Below, in pieces: positions 7,953 to 19,000 of a stretch of 64,000 nucleotides of DNA (positions within the stretch are counted from its first letter, which is position 1; the number at the start of each line of letters is the position of its first letter). The stretch spans positions 71,114,001-71,178,000 of the forward strand of contig NC_134473.1 in the NCBI RefSeq assembly GCF_964194025.1, given 5' to 3'. Source of the stretch: Convolutriloba macropyga (lineage: Eukaryota). The notes beneath the pieces are model-generated. The model had not been told where the DNA came from and did no database searches. It saw only the letters and a list, made by a program, of their open reading frames with translations. Made by a program: the position numbers and the translations under genes.

Positions 7953-10226
7953 AGATTAATTCTTTACCTTTTGACTTTATGCGAAGTATGCCTAATTCAG
8001 TCAACAAAATCAACTGACTACTTGTCTAAAGGAATTTTGTTCAATGAGAAAAGCAAAATCCTTTTGGCTGAAAAGTTTGTTAACATCGAATTCCTCGTTC
8101 CATTCCCAGAATACAATTTTACTACTAGAGCTTCAATCCAGGAAATGTTGACAAAACTAGCCGAAATGTGGAAACTTCCGTCAGTTTTCTGCCCCCTAGA
8201 TTTTTCCAGTCATTTCAATTCAACCACCGAACCCTTTAACTTGAACTGGATGCTACAGAAAACTATAAGCGAAACAACTGAAGCCCAACGAGAAGTTGAT
8301 TCTATGCGAGAAGAAACCGCTACCTTTCTAACGATGGGAGAAGAAAACGAACGGAAAAGAAGAGGAGCACATGTTGGAGCCGCATTAATGGCTGGCATAG
8401 GACTATTTGGTGGAGGAATTCTCATGGGAAACTCAGGGAGCTGTGGTTTTGCCGGAATTTTTGGTAACTGTCAGGACCAAGGTAGAAAAAATGCGGAAAA
8501 CATTGCCCAATTGAACGAGTACGCATCTGTGTTGACAGACCATGTACTAGAAGTTGAAAGCGAGGCGAACGAAAAATTTTTTCTCATTTCGAATGAACTT
8601 GAGGAAATCCAGAAGATACAAAATGAAATTATGAAAAACCAAAACGAAAATTGGAAAATCATAGAAGATCAATTTGAAGTCATCGAAAAAAACTTTCATT
8701 TGCTGAGAGATTGTACACAGATGTTATTCTCCAACCAGCAACTGAATATCAATTTTGACACTGTAGCGTCTCTCTTGTCCATCCTCTATGCAGACATAAA
8801 GAGCTACAGATCAGCTCTGTATGCGTACAAAGTCAACCTACTAAACTCAATTCCAATTTTATTGAGTAAACGTCTACCTATGTCTCTAGTCCCAAAGTCA
8901 TCGTTAATGGCTATACTCAACTCAGTTTACGATAGTCAAAAAGATGCCACCGATCGCCTTACATTGGCAATACCGATGCAAGATCTTTTATCGTACTACG
9001 ATGCAGAATTATTAAGTGAAGTTTCAACTATCACAGAAGGACTGTTGTTAACATTATCTATCCCTCTCTCCTCAAGCCAGACAGCATTCAACGTATACCA
9101 GGCTCATCTCATACCCATGCCACAACTAGATTCTTCAGAAGCCTTAAGATGGGTTACTGAAGGCCCTTACTTGGCTATATCTGAAGATTCGATGGAAACT
9201 ACGGTATTAACTGAACAACAATATTCAAACTGCCTCGGATCATCAAGATACCAAATATGCCACGAAACTATAGAAACCCACCTGGGACAATCGTCTTGTT
9301 TAGCCACTCTTTACTTCCATAGCTCAATTACTGCTCTCACAGTTTGCGACACAGAAAAGATAACACTTCCTACACCAGAAAAGGCTACTAATCTTGGATA
9401 CGGCATCTGGCTCATTACGTCCGCTTCGAAGACATTCACACTTCGAGAATATAGCATCAGAAGTGACAATTTGCCACGAAGTACTGAGCACCCAGGATGT
9501 AACGTATGTATTGTCACATTGGAATGCGGCACTCAACTAATTAGTAAATACATCAAAATCAGACCAGACCTTCAAAGTTGCGAAAATATCCCAGCGAAAA
9601 GAATAGCAGTCAAACTACCAGATCCTTTACAACATCTCATCTCAGCCATCCCTGACATCTCAGAATTGCCCTACTTTGAATCCAAAGTCGATGCAAACGT
9701 TGCTATGTTGAAAACCGTGAAGAAACAGTTAACAAAAAGCTCACAATTCATTGAATTAGAACAACTTGATGCAATTGCAAAACCAATTGCTCACAAAATG
9801 AAACTACTAAAACCTACATTAACAAATAAGCTTGAAACCTACGTCCCAATTAAGCTTTCACTAACTTTGACCTTAATTGTCTTTATCGGAAATCTCATCC
9901 TCCATGTTCTAGCCATGTATCTATACCATCGATTCGCAATTTTCAAACGTCTAGTACCGAACTTTTTGACTCATGATAAATCGAAAGTACCACTGAAACC
10001 GGTTGTCACTATAGCGAGTGAACACAAGGAAGCAGTGCGAAAGAGTGCCCACAAGTGGAAAGATGCATTAACAGTACTCACAGCCCAAGAACTTGGCACA
10101 CTTGCACGATCACGGTCTTTGACAAACAGTCAACAACTTAACACTTCGAGAAATTCCCTCGCGACAATTGCACGAGAAGACAACCCAATGGACGACACCA
10201 TTGAATTGGCAGAAACATCTACTTAA
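7950..10226 (+). CDS. env: Envelope glycoprotein, class I F-type fusion protein (758 aa)
   Basis: Signal peptide MRLILYLLTLCEVCLIQS; furin site RKRR (8352-8363) directly followed by Gly/Ala-rich fusion peptide GAHVGAALMAGIGLFGGGILMG; heptad/coiled-coil region; Cys-rich ectodomain; TM LSLTLTLIVFIGNLILHVLAMYLY; cytoplasmic tail. Confidence 0.9.
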   Translation: MRLILYLLTLCEVCLIQSTKSTDYLSKGILFNEKSKILLAEKFVNIEFLVPFPEYNFTTRASIQEMLTKLAEMWKLPSVFCPLDFSSHFNSTTEPFNLNWMLQKTISETTEAQREVDSMREETATFLTMGEENERKRRGAHVGAALMAGIGLFGGGILMGNSGSCGFAGIFGNCQDQGRKNAENIAQLNEYASVLTDHVLEVESEANEKFFLISNELEEIQKIQNEIMKNQNENWKIIEDQFEVIEKNFHLLRDCTQMLFSNQQLNINFDTVASLLSILYADIKSYRSALYAYKVNLLNSIPILLSKRLPMSLVPKSSLMAILNSVYDSQKDATDRLTLAIPMQDLLSYYDAELLSEVSTITEGLLLTLSIPLSSSQTAFNVYQAHLIPMPQLDSSEALRWVTEGPYLAISEDSMETTVLTEQQYSNCLGSSRYQICHETIETHLGQSSCLATLYFHSSITALTVCDTEKITLPTPEKATNLGYGIWLITSASKTFTLREYSIRSDNLPRSTEHPGCNVCIVTLECGTQLISKYIKIRPDLQSCENIPAKRIAVKLPDPLQHLISAIPDISELPYFESKVDANVAMLKTVKKQLTKSSQFIELEQLDAIAKPIAHKMKLLKPTLTNKLETYVPIKLSLTLTLIVFIGNLILHVLAMYLYHRFAIFKRLVPNFLTHDKSKVPLKPVVTIASEHKEAVRKSAHKWKDALTVLTAQELGTLARSRSLTNSQQLNTSRNSLATIAREDNPMDDTIELAETST

Positions 10227-10461
10227 CTGTCTAACCTTAACATGTGATAAACTTTAACATATGACTTCTTCACAGCCCTTTCATAAACAATCCCGATATT
10301 ACCTTAAGATCAAATGTGCTCTGATACCTAATTGCTCTCATTATTGCTTTACCTTTTAACCCCCTTTCAATTGGGCGGCTTTTCACTCCCTTTAAACTTC
10401 GTCTCATTTATCTGGAAATAATTCTTCAAAATTTTCATTGAAAATTTTCAAAAAGCAGCGT

Positions 10462-10810
10462 TGTGTGACATCCTAAATATTTTCATATTTAATTCCTAAA
10501 TATTTTCATATTTAATTAGATGTCAATCTATCATTTAACCTCTAAAGTAATAGACTCGAATTGACTTAATAGCCTTGATTTTCTCGTTCATATTATGCCC
10601 TTTACTATGCGAGTGCTTTCGAACAATGTTATTGAATTAGTCTAAATAAACCAATGTAAACTAAATGAACAGATTGCATTGATGTTATTAATCTTAACAT
10701 TATTTATAATGACCTTACATTCTTAATAAAATGAACCTCTAATCATTGAAAGTAGAGAATAGAATTCATACCCCAGAAGATGTGATCTAAAGTAAAGTTA
10801 CTTTAATTCA
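10462..10810 (+). repeat. Putative 3' LTR (end not determinable without the 5' LTR)
   Basis: Starts TGTGTGACA after the purine-rich AAAAAGCAGCG. AT-rich, with AATAAA at about 10585 and 10724 and an internal 23-bp tandem duplication. Confidence 0.45.
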
Positions 10811-10989
10811 TGTTCAAAATATAGCAGTTTTCAAACTAAGGCTGTCAGTTCCCACCGTTCGAAGACCTTAGACCGCTCTTCAGGAAAATTGAAAACCAAA
10901 ACATAAATTTGATAGAAGTTTATTTTGAATTTGATTTAAAATAACATAACAGATATACAGAAACTAAGTATATTACAACTACATTAAAA

Positions 10990-11480
10990 AATTTGCCCAT
11001 AAAGTGTGATTTATGTGGAAGAAGTTAAAAACTGAGAACTGGAATTGGTTCATCCACTTCACAAGAGGAGTGACCCACGGCAGTCTACTTGGGCCCTTGC
11101 CCTTCCTCCCATGATTTGGTGACATGTGAGATCTGCCTCGTTTCTACTTTTTTGCAGATGACGCAAAATTATGCTTAGGGCCTTGGTTTTACGAAGTGCC
11201 AGAACGGCCTGTTAATTATTCACACAAATGGGTTTTGGAAAACAGTGTATGTTTCCATACATAGAGATGCTGCTTCTTGCATCCAAGTAGAAATAATCCT
11301 AGGTATATTAAGCTTGGAGCTAAACTGAATTTTCTCTCGAACTCCTCTTATTTTAGGAGTATTTATTAGTGAATTGGTTTAACACATGAAAGTCAAACTC
11401 TTTAAAACTAATCGAACTTCATTTGCTTTGTTAGACAGACCATGATACATTGTTTAAGATTAGCAGTGAACGCTTCATTC
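10990..11480 (+). pseudogene. Highly degenerate non-LTR retrotransposon RT fragment
   Basis: Translates to remnants TRGVTHGSLLGPL (GVPQGS-LGP motif, about 11061-11100) and FFADDAKL (about 11149-11172), with frameshifts and stops. Confidence 0.7.
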
Positions 11481-13076
11481 AAATGCCGGTCTTCTGGTAG
11501 TTTCCATGCTCTAAGCTAAGCATGGCTTTGTTACAATACGCCTAGTTATTCTTTTTTGTCGTCTGACACTCTTCTTTTGATCGTCTTTCGTAAATGACTT
11601 ACCTCTTCAAATGTCTTTGACTCGCTTTTGGTCACTTATGGCTGCCCTAAACTTTTCGAAGTTAATTGAAGTACTGCTATGTGATGAAACCTATAAATGA
11701 AATTTAATAAAAAACTAGCATGAGAAACCAGAATAAAATGAGCTATCAGAAATGAGCGGAACGCTAGCCTTTAAAATGTTTTACTTTATACATGGATATT
11801 ACCTGGTGCCTTACTTTTTCAGCAGTCATTTTCAATAGCCTTTTGTTATTCTGGAAATTCTCTCGCTAACCTTGCGAGAAATTTACGATTGGTTCCCGTA
11901 ACTAGAAAAAGATAGTTTTGTTAGTTGATCAATTGCTCTCCAACCGATTTTGTGGTAATTATATTGGTCACGTGGTCTTTTTTAAGCGGTTTTTCGCCTG
12001 GCAAATTTTCCCGACGTTAGGAGGTTATGTTTATCTTCTATTTGGAAATTGACATTGTACCATGTTCTGTGATTGGCTTTTCGGAAACGGATCTTTTCTG
12101 TTTGTACCATACAGCTTAATGGATGTTTTTTTACAAAATGATTTACTATGTAGTTGCACGTGCTCTGTTACTGGGGGTGATTAACGTACTTGGGGGCACA
12201 AACGGAAAAGATCCTCGGAAACAATAATTTATTGGACTGTTGAGCATAACTTCTCATGATTTTTTGTATGTGATAATCTTTTCATTTATTCGCCACTTGT
12301 TTATTTAGTCAAATTGGGGCTCAGAGAGGGATTTGCTTATTTTGTTTCTTTTAAAGCCGCAAATTTGTGAATTGAGAAATTTTTTCATAGAGCAAAATTC
12401 TCTGTTTTGAAAGTTCTAGTCACATGGTTAAAAATAGTCTCATTTTTTTAAAATATGGTTTTCCCAATTCACTCATAGTCCGTTCTAGGTCTAGTTTTTT
12501 GTTTAGTCAATGAAAATTCTTTAAATTGTACGTGAGGACTTGTCCTGCTATGTTTTTTAATTCGCTTTACCTTTTGATCACGTTTTTCGTTTTTACATAA
12601 GTCACGACTTTCACGTTTGACTTCTGACTTACCTCACCCACTGTTTCAACTGAATGGTTTTTAAATCCATTCACTCAATGAATTACGCAAGATAGTGAAT
12701 ACAGTCAAGGTGAGAATATCAAAATCAAAAGAGAGGGGATAAAGCCCGGTCATTAAGTCAATGAGAATTAGGTTATCAAAGTTCATTAGTGTTTGCTAGC
12801 TGACATTGGTATTAAGCTTATTAGCTTTCAGTTTCGAAGCTGAATTAAGTATAGTTTTAGAATGGAAACGAAACTTGCACGTCAAATTAGAACACTTCTT
12901 AACACTGAAAACAAACAGAAAAAATTTCGGTCAATTTATCTCTTCTTTTTTTCTTATGTTTCAATCCCGATGTGCATCAAGCGCGTCAATGACGACTATT
13001 TTCCGGCAATCCGCCGGCTATGTTGGTAAATTTCGTGTTGTTTTTTTCGTGTTGTTTTCCAATTGCTCTTATTTAG

Positions 13077-13333
13077 ATGAACCTACACGGTCACTGTCTG
13101 GTCTTATTCTCAAGAACAATGTCAAAAACCACCTGAACACTTTCCCTGCAGAAGTAACAAAGTTTATCAAACAAGAATGCCTGAAATGCGTGGGCGATCG
13201 TTCCCCTCTCATTCGTGCTACAATTGGAATACTCATCACTACAATTGCGACCAAAGGAAACATCCTCTCCTGGCCCGAACTTGTCCCTACACTAATGACG
13301 TGTCTGGATTCCGACAGTATAGAAACAGTAGAG
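13077..13333 (+). CDS. TNPO1: Transportin-1 (karyopherin beta2), first exon visible in the window
   Basis: [33 protein letters not shown]; bounded by TTTAG| and |GTAGGA. Confidence 0.95.
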
Positions 13334-13817
13334 GTAGGAGGCTGTTCTTTTAGTGCTGATTGAGGACTTGAATGATAAAGAAAAAATGATTAAATTGATA
13401 ATCGACAGGTATCGACTTTGTATGCGATCTTTCGACGGATTGCAATGGTGTAGCCCATATCAGGAGCTCATAAAATAACAGTTTTACTTAAGCTTACAAA
13501 TATATTTTATATTTATTCTGTGGAACACATTAAAAAACATTTTTTCTCCTCTGTCGTCTAGGAGATACTGTTGAAATTTATGTGAGTTGTGTAGTACTTT
13601 ATTAAGACTGGAATATATGCCAGTGTGTTGCTGGAGATTAATTCCCCCAACGTTTGTGCGTTATCTTTTGTATTTTTCAGTAAATCTTGTCCGTTTCGTT
13701 TCATTCTTTAGTTGCGCAAAAGCCAACAGTAGTTTAACTGTCCGATGTGAGCTGCTTGATTGGAATTTTTGCCTACTTTTGTTGTACGTGGTCATTAAAA
13801 TTAACTGTCTGTTTCAG

Positions 13818-14156
13818 GGTGCGTTTGGAGCCTTACAGAAAATTTGCGAAGACTCATATGAAGTTTTTGAAATTGAACCCGCTTCTCAATACCTCAGTGT
13901 CATGATCCCCAAATTTATTCTCTTTCTTAAGCACCCCCAGGCCAAAGTGAGGTCACATTCTCTGGCATGTGTGAACCAGTTTATCTTTGGTCGATATTCC
14001 CCGCTTGGAGATCACATGGATCTTTTTATTGATGCTCTATTTTCGCTGTCCTCAGACAATGACCCCGAGGTCCGGAAGAACGTCTGCAGGGCACTGGTAA
14101 TGCTTCTTGAAGTGCGACTGGAACAACTTTTGCCTCACATGACTCAGATTATTGGT
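13818..14156 (+). CDS. TNPO1: Transportin-1 exon
   Basis: [31 protein letters not shown]; TTTCAG| and |GTAAGA; phases consistent. Confidence 0.95.
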
Positions 14157-14629
14157 GTAAGAACCTCGCTTTATAAAATTTTCTACATATGTCATTAAAG
14201 CAGCATCTATTACAACAATTTAAATTCATTCACTGGAAAGAATTGCGGGCTTTTAGTTATTTTTACATAAGATAACTCGCGGAACCCAAACGTTAAAAAA
14301 TGAATTTACCTCTTGAAAAATTGCTTTCAATGACTAAAACTGCAGTACACTGTTACAAATGTGTAAGTTATGTGACTGTGATCAAGTCACTGTGAAGATC
14401 TGACATTCGTTGAGAACCGCATAGCGGTTCGAGGTTTCGAGAATTTGTCTTTTGAGCCCAGTCAGGTAACATAGCTTGAAACATGCATTTTACACCTTTA
14501 AATTGCTGAAAGCCATTGGCATTTTGTATCGAAAATCTGACATTGCTGAATTTGGCATTTGAATCTGTGCACTTGAGTGTTGCAATGACAGATATAAAAT
14601 TGTAGATGAAAATTGTATGTTTGTTTTAG

Positions 14630-14748
14630 TATATTTTGGAGAGATCTTTGGACAAAGATGAAGCGGTGGCTTTGGAAGCGTGCGAGTTCTGGCTTACTTT
14701 TGCAGAGCAAGACATCTGCCGCGAAATACTCAGAGAGTTCCTACCAAA
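14630..14748 (+). CDS. TNPO1: Transportin-1 exon (not in ORF track)
   Basis: [27 protein letters not shown]; TTTTAG| and |GTAAGC. Confidence 0.95.
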
Positions 14749-14932
14749 GTAAGCCAAGCGTATTGTCAATAGTATCTTATCACAAATTTTAACAAGTGTT
14801 CCCAAAAGGGGTACTGACTAAAATTGACCGTATTTTATTGCCTTGCCTTGCAATTAGAAATTTGTTGAATTTCGAATTCGTGCATGGAAATCAGCGATTT
14901 AAGTTTGAATGGTGATTGTTTGTTTGTTTTAG

Positions 14933-15583
14933 ACTTATTCCGGTGCTTGTGCAATGTATGCGTTACTCTGAAATTGACGTGATCCTTCTGAAAGGAGATC
15001 TGGAAGAGGACCAGCACATACCAGATCTTGAGAAAGACATCAAACCCCGCTTTCACTACTCTAAGACCTCTGGATCTGCCGGTAGACTCTCAAGCAACGG
15101 TTCTGCAGACTTAGCTTCAGATGATGAAGATATCGGAAGTCCGGGATTTGGACCTGGAGGTCCAGATCTGGATGATGAAGACACATTATCGAATTGGAAC
15201 CTAAGAAAGTGTTCAGCTGCGGGCCTGGACGTTTTATCAAATGTATTCCACGAAGATATCCTGGATACGTTATTACCCATTCTGAAATCTAAATTGCAGT
15301 CTACAGAATGGGAAGAAATAGAAGTTGCTATTCTAGCTTTAGGCGCTATAGCTGAAGGATGTATGAAGGGAATGATTCCTCACTTGCCCGATCTGATTCC
15401 GTTTTTAATTCAGGCGTTGAACTCGAAAAAGGCGTTAGTGAGAAGCATTACATGTTGGACTTTGTCTCGGTACACACAATGGGTGATGCAACAGCCTCAT
15501 GACATATGCTTGCAGCCTTTAATGTCAGCTTTGTTGAGAAAGATTCTTGATGCTAATAAACGGGTGCAGAAAGCAGCTTGCAG
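14933..15583 (+). CDS. TNPO1: Transportin-1 exon including the acidic H8 loop
   Basis: [47 protein letters not shown]; AG/GT boundaries in phase. Confidence 0.96.
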
Positions 15584-15656
15584 GTTAGTGGAACGAAAAA
15601 AACCTGATCTTTTCAAATATCAGCTCAGTGAAATATGTAGAAAGAAAGTGTTTATT

Positions 15657-16045
15657 AATTGCTCTTGAACGCAGTTCATAGCAATTATAGTAAACGTGTG
15701 TGTCTTTTTTTAATGCAAATTTTTCGCTTGACAGTTTTGCGCTTTTCTTCTAGAACATTCTTTGACTTCTCAAGTGACTTTTTCACGCTTTCGTTCTTCA
15801 TTTTTGAGTAATCTCTATTGCTCTGAAGTAAAGCTAATATAAATTCGGTTGCAGAATAAGTGAGGTATGTGCTCTGTAGCGCAGTGGTTAGTAGTTGTGG
15901 CTGTGGATCGGGAGGCCAGTGGTTCGAATCCCGGCGGAGGAAATATTTTTTTGCACCCATAATTTGATCTAGGCTACAGCCCCTGAATTAAATTGCCTCG
16001 CCTGTCGTTCAAGAGCAATTCTTCCGACATTTGTCGGTTTATGTT
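15657..16045 (+). mobile_element. Non-autonomous Helentron/DINE-1-like element, family B (AATTGCTCT subterminal inverted repeats)
   Basis: 5' AATTGCTCTTGAACG, 3' CGTTCAAGAGCAATT, then hairpin CCGACATTTGTCGG and a T-run. Related copies at about 26104-26440, 28446-28670, 31311-31505, 37816-38168 and 40146-40555. Confidence 0.7.
15871..15943 (+). pseudogene. tRNA-derived (His-like) SINE-head remnant inside a family B element
   Basis: A box TAGCGCAGTGG, B box GGTTCGAATCC and a CTGTGGA loop. Anticodon and acceptor stems pair poorly. Confidence 0.6.
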
Positions 16046-16059
16046 TTCAAATTGCTGTA

Positions 16060-19000
16060 GAGAAGAGAGTGGTTTTTTGTTCATGTCGCGTTTTTGAGAG
16101 AGGGAGAGAGAAATAGATAAGGGAGCATTTTTTTTATCACGTGCGGTTTTTTAAACTCTAGCACTTTCAGTTACAGGTGTTTGTATTGTTTACCTCACAA
16201 CACTTATAGTGGATTTAAAAGCGTATCTAATCATTTGAAGCAAAATAAACTTTGTTTTATTAATAGCCGCACAGCGATAGCTGGGGCTATTATTGGCCTT
16301 CTCTTGGTTTTTTACAACTCGAAGAGGAGTATTGGAGAAGTCCTTTTTTTAATCAATTTTTTTGGAGTGATTTTTGAAGCGGGAAATGAAACGCGTGAAA
16401 AAATTTGGAGTGATTTTGGTGCTGAGCAAAAGTGAAGAGCGGAGCGAAAAGAGAGTGGTTTTTTGTTCATACCGCTGTTTTTGAGAGAGCGAGAATTTGA
16501 TGTGTGAAAAAATTTTCTCTAAGCGAGCGATTTTTTTTTTCACGTGCGGCTTTTAAACGCAGTTTTTTGCAACTTTTGATGGTTGTTAGGTTTGGTTTTG
16601 ATATTGTATTAGCTTTAGGCTTGTTTTGATAGGAATTGAAGGTTTCAAGTAGCTAATTTGAGTTTAATGCTAATTTGGAGGTATTTGATCAGTTTTGCTG
16701 ATTTGTAGACGAAATTTAATGATTTTTTGCCTGTTTTTTTGTTTTAATGCTTTAAGTGGGATTTGAATAGAAGCTTGTTCAGATAGATACCAATTGGTTA
16801 AAGTTTTCTTGGTATAAATCAGTTTTTCTTGGGAAAATTGACAGAAAAATTGAGAAATTTTAAACCATTTTTCTTATTTTTTTGCAGTTTTTCTTTTTTA
16901 TCTTTTTTTATCTTTTTTTTTAATCTTAGACAAGTTTCATAGCCTATAATGACTTGCCCGTTGTTTTGCGAGTTTTCAATGCTCTAAATGCAAAGGAACT
17001 TTAGTCGGCTTTACGTTTCCTTGTACTATTAAAAAAGTCATTTTTTTTCAATTAGTTTTTGGTTTTTGAATGCCGTTTCCTGAAATTTTTTATGGTTCTT
17101 GTTTAGGTTCAGGGTTCACAATAGTTTTTCTAGTTTTTTAGTCATATCATAGGTATGGGCAATTTTCTCCTTCGAGGCGTTTCCGGAATTCTTCCGGGTA
17201 TATTTTCTTATTTCGTCGTGTCGATTTTTGTTACGACCTTATGACGTCACAACCACTTCAAATCTGCTTTTTGTTCATTCGTTCATGCAATTTCAACTAG
17301 AGTTGCGTGTGCGACGTCATTTTTTGCTCTTAGTGGAGCGAGTTTTTTTTTCATTCGCGTGATTAAAATTTTGGTCACACTTGACTTACCTCACTCTCAA
17401 AAATGACTTCCTCACTTTGAAATTGACTTTTATTTACTTTAATTCAAAGAGATGGGTGTGTGCCACTCTAAATGAAGGTTATTTCAGAGCAGCTAATAGA
17501 GGCAGCAAAAACTTACACAGAATTTAAATCAAGAGTATAACATATCAGCTTTCAATGAAAAGACGAATTTTTCTGGTCTCCTTTTTACTGTTTTTTTTGA
17601 GACTGCAGATCTAGGAAGCTATTGCGGCTATTTTCTGGCAATCTGTCAGCAATGTTCTAATTTTGAGCTATTTTGACCTTTTTGCCACGTTGGACCCTTT
17701 TTAGGAGTTTGTATTCATCTTCAAATTTTATAGCATTTGGGGATGTTCTGTGGTTCGAACTAGCTGTTTTGGTTGCCTTTCGATATAATTGATGTTTTGA
17801 GTTTGATAGGATTAATTTTGAGTTGTTTAAAGATAATTAAGTAATTATGAGCAAATTTCGACCGATGTTCGTCTGGTAAGTTTTGTTAGTGCTTCTGATT
17901 TAAAGCTTCTCGCTGTAGTTTTTCTTGTTCAATCTTTAATTTAGAGCAATTTTTTATTCTTAAAGATGCCATTGAAGGCTAGACAGGGCATTTTTCACTG
18001 AAATAAATAATACATTTTTCCTTATTTTTTCATGTTTTTTTCTTTTGCTTTTTTTGTTTCTGGAAAGTGTTCTGTGGGTAAATGCTTGAGCAGAAGCAGT
18101 AAGAAAACTGTTTTCGCAAGTCAATGGATGGGAAGTAGCAGTTAAGTTTTTTTGTGGACGATTTTCTTAAGCATTTTGCAGAGAATTTTACAATTTGCTC
18201 TTGAATGAGAAGCAATTATTGTAAACGTATGTGTCTTTTATAATAGCCGCACAGCGATACCTGGGGCTATTTCTGGAATTCTGTCGGTTTTCTATTTCGT
18301 CACGATTTTTGTTATGACCATATGACGTCACAACCACTTCAAATCTGCTTTTGTACCTTCTTTCATGCAATTTCAACTGAACTGCGTGCGTAGCGTCATT
18401 TCTCATTGTTAGTGGAGCGAGTTTTTTTTGTTCGTTTGCGTGATTAACTTTTGGTCACACGTGAATTACCTCATCTCAAATTGACTTTTCTTTACTTTAA
18501 TTCAAAGAGCTAAGTTCAAGTGAGTGTTTTTCACTCTAATTGAAGATCATTTGAGAGCAGCTCATAGAGGCAGCCCTAACCTGTACAGATTCTTAATCAA
18601 AATTTAACATCTCATCCTTTAATGAATAGTAATTTTTTTGGCTGTCTTTTACTGTTTAATAGCCGCACAGCGATTGCTGGGGCTATTATTGGCCGTCTCT
18701 TGGTTTTTTTATTTCGTCAAGATTTTTGTTACAACCATATGACGTCACAACCACTTCAAATCTGCTTTTTGTTCAATCGTTCATGCAATTTCAACTGAAG
18801 TGCGTGCGTGATGTCATTTTTCGCTCTTACTGGAGCGAGTTTTTAAGTTCATTTGCGTGATTAAATTTTTGGTGACACGTGACTTACCTCCCTCTCAATA
18901 ATGACTTTTTGACTTTGAAATTGAATTTTATTTATTTTAATTCAAAGAGATAAGGTCAAGTGAATGTGTGTCACTCTAAATGACGGTTATTTGAGAGCAC

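Larger units (their letters stand above)
1..10810 (+). mobile_element. Env-containing Ty3/Gypsy LTR retrotransposon (endogenous-retrovirus-like); 5' LTR, gag and protease start lie upstream of the window
   Basis: PR-RT-RH-IN domain order in one uninterrupted ORF, then an env ORF, a purine-rich tract and a TG-starting AT-rich LTR-like segment. The right boundary is approximate. Confidence 0.93.

Noticed and set aside
10830-10890. Minus-strand CTGAAGAG resembling a hammerhead ribozyme core
   Set aside because: No properly placed GAAA with a pairing stem II could be built.
12806-13076. N-terminal extensions of TNPO1 ORFs in the track (also 13587-13817)
   Set aside because: Intronic read-through upstream of clear AG acceptors; 12990-13025 is a repeat terminus.
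15871-15943. Functional tRNA gene
   Set aside because: The cloverleaf stems do not pair and it is embedded in a repeat, so it is treated as tRNA-derived.
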